Part shown: in pieces, positions 58,239 through 64,000 of the stretch | Layout of the letters: each line of letters starts with the position of its first letter | How positions within the stretch are numbered: position 1 is the stretch's first letter | Assembly (NCBI GenBank): GCA_963785355.1 | Contig: CAWAVJ010000082.1 | Coordinates: forward strand, 166 to 64,165 | Source of the DNA: an uncultured Alphaproteobacteria bacterium | GTDB taxonomy: Bacteria; Pseudomonadota; Alphaproteobacteria; Rhizobiales; Rhodomicrobiaceae | DNA length: 64,000 nt | Reading direction: 5' to 3' | The notes under the pieces: model-generated | Database searches by the model: none | Seen by the model: the letters and a program-made list of their open reading frames with translations, nothing else | Told to the model about the DNA's origin: nothing | Position numbers and translations under genes: made by a program

Positions 58239-58737
58239 TTAAAATCAATGGGTTAAGCCGGTTCACCCTTTCCGCCCTCAGAGTTTTATAGGCACTGTGT
58301 AGGAACCGTGGAAAAAGCGGTCGCCCTTTCGCACCCCTTCCTGCCCTCGATCCGCCCGCCAGCCGCGCCGGTCATTCCGCCGACGTTCCGCGCCAGAACC
58401 ACCGATGATGTGAGGCGGAAAATTGAACAGCCCGCTGTTCCGGGACGCGGGCGAGGCGCAACCGGGCGAAAGTTGGCGCCGGAAGAACCCTCGGGCGACC
58501 TCCGCTCCCTGATTGAGGAAGCAGAGCCGGTGGACCCGTCTGCTGCTTTACCTCGCCATAGCCTCTGATTTTTTTCCACTCCCATCGCCCCCATACATCT
58601 CTCTTCCCAAGGTTGGGCTGTGAGTGGCGAATCGATGAAAACTCCGTCTACAAGGGGCGGCGGCTAGGATGCCAGGTATCGCACAAAGGTGGTCACCGCT
58701 CTGGGCGTAGCGTTTCGGTGGTGAGTGGGGAGTTCCC

Positions 58738-59889
58738 GTGATGCGGTACATTTTTGAGAGAGATTGGTACGGATGGTACGATAGGCTTTATGAACGCAAA
58801 TCAAAAAACGATCCATGTGCCCACCTTCGCATCTTTATTACACGAGTAGACAAATGGCTTTGGAACCTTACACCGGAGGATCGAGCCAATCTACGAGTGG
58901 CTTGTGGTGCTGTCTGGAATCTTAAGGAAGATGCAGAGGCAACGACTGACTTTTTTTGGAAACATTTCATCATACTCAGCAAGGAAACGCTGAAACAGTT
59001 TGTTCATGATGTCGAGGGTTCCGCCGGTTACTTTTTAGAGCATCATATTCATGACGTATGGCGGGACTTTTGCGGAAGGCTGCAGCAGGAATACAACGGC
59101 GACGCTTTTGAAAGAACCAAGAGTGCGATGGATGTACTTGATGAGTATCTCAGAAGCAGCGCGGCCCATAAAGTAATATTAAGCGAATATAATCGTAGGG
59201 TCGAATTTTCCTGGGAACACGTGCAGATTGATATTCTCCGGAAGGGCTACCAGTTTATTCCGTTCGACGCGATCGCTTCGCTCTGGCATGCGCTTGCCGA
59301 TTTCGTGGAAGATGTCCGTGTAAAGCACAACTTTCCGGATTGGAGCAGACGGCCGGCGGATGTCGAGGAAGGACGGCTCCGCGACTTAATGGCCAATACA
59401 TCCGTAACCGATGCGGACGCCACAAGAAGTGCGGACGCAAGGAATGCGGAATTCGCCTGGCATCTAGCCGCGCACATCTCCAATTTGCGTCAAGGCCGTA
59501 TTCCCGAAGCTCGGGTCCTTGAGGTACTATCTCTCCTTCTGATAGCCGCTAACGAGCTAGCGCTGAAGCTGGATGCGCCTGCATCGCACCGCGAAGTAAG
59601 CCAGCTGCAAAGCCGCGAGAAACGGCAAAAGCCGGATACTGCTCCGTCGCGGCAGGAAGCTGCCGGCAAGAATGTGCGGTTGAAGGAAGAGGTGGCGCGC
59701 TGGGCCGAAGCCCTAGCCCCGTTCGTCTATAATGCTTACCCGGCCATGTCCCTCACAGCGATTGCTAAGCTTCTTGCTTCCGCGGAGGCACGTAGCGGGC
59801 TGGCGGACCAGCTTACAGACCCGCACGCCAAAGCGCTATTGAAGCGGGGAACACCGCGGAAACACGCAGGACTGGCGCAGCATTTATGA
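58738..59889 (+). CDS. hypothetical protein
   Basis: 383-aa ORF, lower GC, no recognised motif. Confidence 0.55.
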   Translation: MMRYIFERDWYGWYDRLYERKSKNDPCAHLRIFITRVDKWLWNLTPEDRANLRVACGAVWNLKEDAEATTDFFWKHFIILSKETLKQFVHDVEGSAGYFLEHHIHDVWRDFCGRLQQEYNGDAFERTKSAMDVLDEYLRSSAAHKVILSEYNRRVEFSWEHVQIDILRKGYQFIPFDAIASLWHALADFVEDVRVKHNFPDWSRRPADVEEGRLRDLMANTSVTDADATRSADARNAEFAWHLAAHISNLRQGRIPEARVLEVLSLLLIAANELALKLDAPASHREVSQLQSREKRQKPDTAPSRQEAAGKNVRLKEEVARWAEALAPFVYNAYPAMSLTAIAKLLASAEARSGLADQLTDPHAKALLKRGTPRKHAGLAQHL

Positions 59890-60099
59890 CAAGCTGTTGC
59901 ACGCCATTGAACAAGGGCGTCTGCCAAATTGCCCGCGTCCCCAAAAACGGAGTAAAATCACGAAATCGTGATGGCAGACTAATTGCAAGGTCTGCGGCTT
60001 TGCAATCCCATTTGCAAAGTCAAGGCGGTTTGCAATCGACTTTTGTGTCCGCGCTTCGCCATGCTGCCGGTATCGCTGAACAACACAAAGGTTCTTGCA

Positions 60100-60390
60100 A
60101 TGCCCAAATCTCGCGAATCTAACGGCCAATCCAATACCGGCGCAGGTGCACGCATCATGACTACCGGCGAGGCCGCCGCAGCCCTCGGCTTGTCCGCCTC
60201 CTACCTCAACAAAATGCGTGTCACAGGCTGCGGACCGGTATTCCTGAAGTTATCGCGGGCCGTGCGGTACACGCAAGCCGACTTGGATGGGTGGATTTCC
60301 AGCCGAAGGCATAGCTCCACGAGCGCAGCACAAATCGCCTTCGAAGCGCAGGCTAGAGAGGGTCGCGGACAAAAAACGCCCGCAGACTGA
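60100..60390 (+). CDS. AlpA/excisionase-like HTH protein
   Basis: MTTGEAAAALGLS..YL.K.R..G.GP.F.KL...VRY...DLD.WI. Confidence 0.85.
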   Translation: MPKSRESNGQSNTGAGARIMTTGEAAAALGLSASYLNKMRVTGCGPVFLKLSRAVRYTQADLDGWISSRRHSSTSAAQIAFEAQAREGRGQKTPAD

Positions 60391-60993
60391 CCCACACCCT
60401 CGGTCCCCCATCCCTGGACGGCCGCACATAATCTCTGGCCACCCCGGATCGCCAGCACAGCAGTAACTGGAACGCAAACCGGTCGCTCAAATCGAGCTGC
60501 CGTAGCGGGTTGCTGCGTGCGGCATCCAACAGAAAAGAGAGGAGGCTCTCGCCCTTCTTCGGCGAGAGCCTCTCCAGAAGATCAATTTGAAGTACGCCGT
60601 TGCCGGAACGGAGGCTCGAAATCGCTCATGTGCTGCACGAGTGCTCGCCAGCCGCGAATGCCGGTGGATTGCCTGCGCTTACGATTGGCGCGAGCGGCAT
60701 GATGCGCAGCGCCTCGCACCAGTATCCTGAAATGCGAAACGCCCCGCAGTGGCGAAACTGCGAGGCGTGGAATTTTGTGTCTGCGATTTTGCGCCGTTCC
60801 CGCGACCCGCCTGTGAGGCGGAACGACAGTAGGAAAGTTCGAAGTCGGCAATTCAAAGGAAAAGTTCGAAAGCCTCCTCGAAAGTTGCGACGGCGCAGAG
60901 TGCGATATGAAAATGGATGGCTCCATTCATATTGCACGGCGAATCGCAGTTTTCAAGAGACGTTCGAGCTTTCCCCCAAAGGAAAGTTCAATA

Positions 60994-62625
60994 ATGTCGA
61001 GCAATATCAATGTTGCGTCGCGTGAAAACGGCCATCTAAACGGCGAGGCCGGCGCACACTTTGCAGCTTCCGGCAAGGAAGCAATCCGCGAACCTGCGCC
61101 TGGTGTAGCCATCAACAAGCACGCCCGGCCGCCGAATGCACACCATCCCGAGATTGTGCCGCCACCAAAGGTTAGTGAGCCTGAGAGGGGGACAGAACAG
61201 CCCTCGCAGGATAGCGGCCAACCGGAGGGCATCTCGCCAAAAAGTCTCGCGGAGGTGATCGAAGCGGTCGCGCGCATGCCCGCCATCGAACGCGCCGAGT
61301 GGGCCACGGACAAGAAGGAGCATGCAAAGCCGTTCGGAATCACGGGAACGGAGCTTATTGAGCATGTGAAGGCGCGGCGCCGCGAGATCGCAGCGGAGGA
61401 GAGGGCCAGCAAAAGCCAGCGCCGGAGCCGGCCGCAAGGCCCTGGCGCAATCGATTGGCCGGAAATCACAGACAAAGGCGTCAAGGGACGCTCGCAGGAG
61501 AATATCGAGGCGTTTCTCGATCATGCCGGTGTGACGCTTAAGTTCGACGCCATGGCCTACCGCACAATCGTTATGCGAGCCGGGAAATCGGTAACGCTCA
61601 CAGATGAGGTGGCAAAAGGGCTCTGGTATGAGGCTGATCGTCTCGGCCTGCCGTCCAAAGATGCCTATTTCTTTGGCTTTCTGGAAAACAAAGCCCGCGA
61701 GGCCAGCTTTCACCCTATCCGGGATTACCTCGCCGCTCTTGAATGGGATGGCGTGCCGCGTCTTGATGAATGGCTTCATGCCTACTTCGATGCAGAGAAT
61801 ACGCCGTTGAACTCTGCCTATGGCCGCAAGCATTTGATTGCGGCCGTGCGGCGCGTGCGGCAGCCGGGATGCAAGCACGACGCGATGCTGGTGTTGCAGG
61901 GGCCGCAAGGCGCCGGAAAATCTTCCTCCATCAAGGCGCTATGCCCAGATGAGGAGTATTTCACCGACAGCCTATCTGTAGGCGCGGATCAAAAAGAGGT
62001 CATCGAGATCACAACCGGAAAATGGCTTGTTGAGCTTCCCGAGCTCACCGGTATGGGTAAGCGCGAGGCAGGAACCGTCAAAGCGCAGTTGTCTCGCCAA
62101 GTCGATGGCGCGCGTTTGTCCTACGGGCGAGCGAAGTCGGAACGCCCGCGCCAATGCGTCTTCTTTGGAACCGTTAACGATGCCCATTATCTGCGCGATG
62201 CAACCGGCAACCGCCGTTTCTGGCCTGTGTCGATAAGCGGCAAATTCGATCCCGATGAGATAGCGGCCAACATCAGCCGGGACCGTGACCGGCTATGGGC
62301 CGAAGCGGCTTATTATGAGGCGGCCGGCGAAAGCTTGGTGCTGCCGAAGCACCTATGGGCAATCGCTGCGGAAGGCCAGCGGGAACGAATGATAATCGAC
62401 CCCTGGCAAGAGCGGCTTTCCGAATTGCTCGATGGGCGCAGCGGCGTCATCCTCAGTAACGATATCTACGAAATGCTGGGTATCCCGCTTGAAAGGCGCT
62501 CTGGTGCCAACGGACAGCGCGCCGCAGCCATTCTGGAAGGCATGGGGTACAAGCGGAAGCAGGGGCGGTGGGGACCCGGCGGAAAGCAGGTCTGGGGTTA
62601 TATCCTCAGAGAGGAGGAGGGCTAA
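60994..62625 (+). CDS. VapE-family (virulence-associated E) helicase/ATPase
   Basis: FHPIRDYL..L.WDG.PRLD, PGCKHD.MLVLQGPQGAGKSS, GTVND..YL.D.TGNRRFWP. Confidence 0.9.
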   Translation: MSSNINVASRENGHLNGEAGAHFAASGKEAIREPAPGVAINKHARPPNAHHPEIVPPPKVSEPERGTEQPSQDSGQPEGISPKSLAEVIEAVARMPAIERAEWATDKKEHAKPFGITGTELIEHVKARRREIAAEERASKSQRRSRPQGPGAIDWPEITDKGVKGRSQENIEAFLDHAGVTLKFDAMAYRTIVMRAGKSVTLTDEVAKGLWYEADRLGLPSKDAYFFGFLENKAREASFHPIRDYLAALEWDGVPRLDEWLHAYFDAENTPLNSAYGRKHLIAAVRRVRQPGCKHDAMLVLQGPQGAGKSSSIKALCPDEEYFTDSLSVGADQKEVIEITTGKWLVELPELTGMGKREAGTVKAQLSRQVDGARLSYGRAKSERPRQCVFFGTVNDAHYLRDATGNRRFWPVSISGKFDPDEIAANISRDRDRLWAEAAYYEAAGESLVLPKHLWAIAAEGQRERMIIDPWQERLSELLDGRSGVILSNDIYEMLGIPLERRSGANGQRAAAILEGMGYKRKQGRWGPGGKQVWGYILREEEG

Positions 62626-62629
62626 GCGC

Positions 62630-62795
62630 CATGCGCCATTTTCTCTTTTCTCTTTTTCCCATCTTCCTTGCATTTCTATTGGTGACATTGGTGACAGGAG
62701 TAAAAAGGGCGGAAAAAGCGCTGCGGCGCAGGACTTCGGCTGTCACCAATGGGGGCGGCTTCACTGGTGACGCTACCGGTGACATCGGTGACAGT
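62630..62795. repeat. left GGTGACA iteron array / inverted-repeat arm
   Basis: multiple ggtgac(a) units; 62673-62697 is the exact reverse complement of 63919-63943. Confidence 0.75.
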
Positions 62796-62869
62796 CGCCG
62801 TTGCCCCCCTCTCAGGCTCACTATTGCAAGCGTGCAGCATATTCAGCGCTTGCTATGGGGGCTCGCGCC

Positions 62870-63829
62870 ATGACCGCCGTTTTCTCTCGCTGGGCGCTGT
62901 CGTATTGGGCACGCGGCTTCTCGCCGATTCCTGTCCTCGCAGGGACGAAGGCGCCCGGAGCGGTTGGGCATTCGCTTGAGGGCTGGACGCAGTATTGCGC
63001 GGAAGCGGCGGACAAGGGGCAGCTCGCTGCCTGGGCACAGGACAAGACATGCGGCCTGGCTGTCTGCACGGGCTACAACGGCTTGATTGCGGTCGACGTT
63101 GACAGCCTGAAGGCGAATGTTGCGGTCAAAGCCATCTTGGCCGGTATGGGCGCCCCGGTAAAGATCGGCCAACGTGGATGCACCGCGTTTTTCCGCGATC
63201 CAAGCGGCGAGATACGAAGCTCGGATTTCCGGGCCGCGCCGGTCATTGGTCCGGATGGAAAGCGCCGCCAGGAAACGCTCCTGCAAATCCTTGCTGCTGG
63301 GCGTGAGACGGTGCTGCCGCCGACGGTGCATCCAGATACGCGCAAGCCGTACTATTGGCATCGACGCAGCCTCGAAAATCGCCGCATCGATGACTTGCCG
63401 ATCATCACGCCCAGCCATATCGCCGAGCTGGGCGCGGCACTGCGACCGTTCTTGCCGGAAGTGGTGCCTCTCGCTCCCGCAGCGCCAGCGCAAGCGCCGC
63501 TCCGCAGCCTCAACGGCCTCGAACGCAGGCGCTACGAGGCCATGGCGCGCGGACTTCTGAAATGGGTTGAGGGCACGCTTGCCAACCGTGCGCCAGGCGG
63601 GCGCAGCCGGGCAGCTCGCGGCATGGCACAAACCTTCTGGCCGTTTATTAGGGAGGGCTTGGCCGGCGAAGCGGAAGTGCGTGCGGCTCTTGTCGATGCC
63701 TCGCAGCGCAACGGCTTGGTCAAAACGAACGGCATTCGCGACGTACTCCGCGATATCCGGCGAGGCTTCGAGGCGGCCGCTGCAGACCCGCTCCCGGCGT
63801 TGGAAAACCGGAGAAGCAAGCGGGCATGA
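62870..63829 (+). CDS. bifunctional DNA primase/polymerase (Prim-Pol)
   Basis: GFSPIP...GTKAP, GL.V.TG...LIAVDVD, TVLPPTVHPDT.KPY.W. Confidence 0.85.
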   Translation: MTAVFSRWALSYWARGFSPIPVLAGTKAPGAVGHSLEGWTQYCAEAADKGQLAAWAQDKTCGLAVCTGYNGLIAVDVDSLKANVAVKAILAGMGAPVKIGQRGCTAFFRDPSGEIRSSDFRAAPVIGPDGKRRQETLLQILAAGRETVLPPTVHPDTRKPYYWHRRSLENRRIDDLPIITPSHIAELGAALRPFLPEVVPLAPAAPAQAPLRSLNGLERRRYEAMARGLLKWVEGTLANRAPGGRSRAARGMAQTFWPFIREGLAGEAEVRAALVDASQRNGLVKTNGIRDVLRDIRRGFEAAAADPLPALENRRSKRA

Positions 63830-63844
63830 CCGGAGCGAATTGGG

Positions 63845-63990
63845 CTGTCACCAACGCTGTCACCAGTGCGTCGCGCCACGAAAATCGCTTAACACATTGT
63901 AATTTCATGCGTTTGTTGCTGTCACCAATGTCACCAATAGAAACGCCTGAGACTCTGGAAAATGCGAGAAAAAAGAGAAAACGACGCATG
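63845..63990. repeat. right TGTCACC iteron array / inverted-repeat arm
   Basis: four tgtcacca units plus an A-rich tail mirroring 62630-62650. Confidence 0.75.
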
Positions 63991-64000
63991 ACGCATCAAT

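Larger units (their letters stand above)
58239..64000 (+). mobile_element. tRNA-Phe-associated phage-satellite/integrative element (continues past the window)
   Basis: IHF consensus AATCAATGGGTTA at 58243-58255; excisionase, VapE and Prim-Pol genes; iterons; no integrase seen in the window. Confidence 0.7.

Overview
GC-rich alphaproteobacterial (Hyphomicrobiales-like, inferred) chromosomal window. Core genes: a leucine-catabolism cluster (ivd, mccB, mccA, hmgL) interrupted by a VapBC-type toxin-antitoxin pair, then dnaJ-dnaK with an RpoH promoter and a DUF2794 gene. A ~29 kb accessory block (11.7-40.4 kb) holds three IS elements, a ~10.5 kb secreted SpvB/TcaC-FG-GAP-RHS polymorphic toxin with an immunity gene, two orphan toxin/immunity cassettes, an Omp25-like gene, an IS630-derived HTH gene and a lone TPR-secretin-cohesin gene. 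Next come a DUF3141-pta-ackA-HlyD-rbbA-yhhJ-hbd operon with FNR and CtrA boxes, a small acyltransferase island, ccdA/thioredoxin, hisF and tRNA-Phe. The window ends in a phage-satellite-like element (excisionase, VapE helicase, Prim-Pol flanked by inverted iteron arrays). The most unexpected signal is a ~40-bp structured element inserted into two unrelated neighbouring transposases, with a third covarying copy inside a long intergenic hairpin at 54.8 kb. Many genes have single-base frameshifts that look like sequencing or assembly errors. All family assignments come from motif recognition by eye, not database searches.
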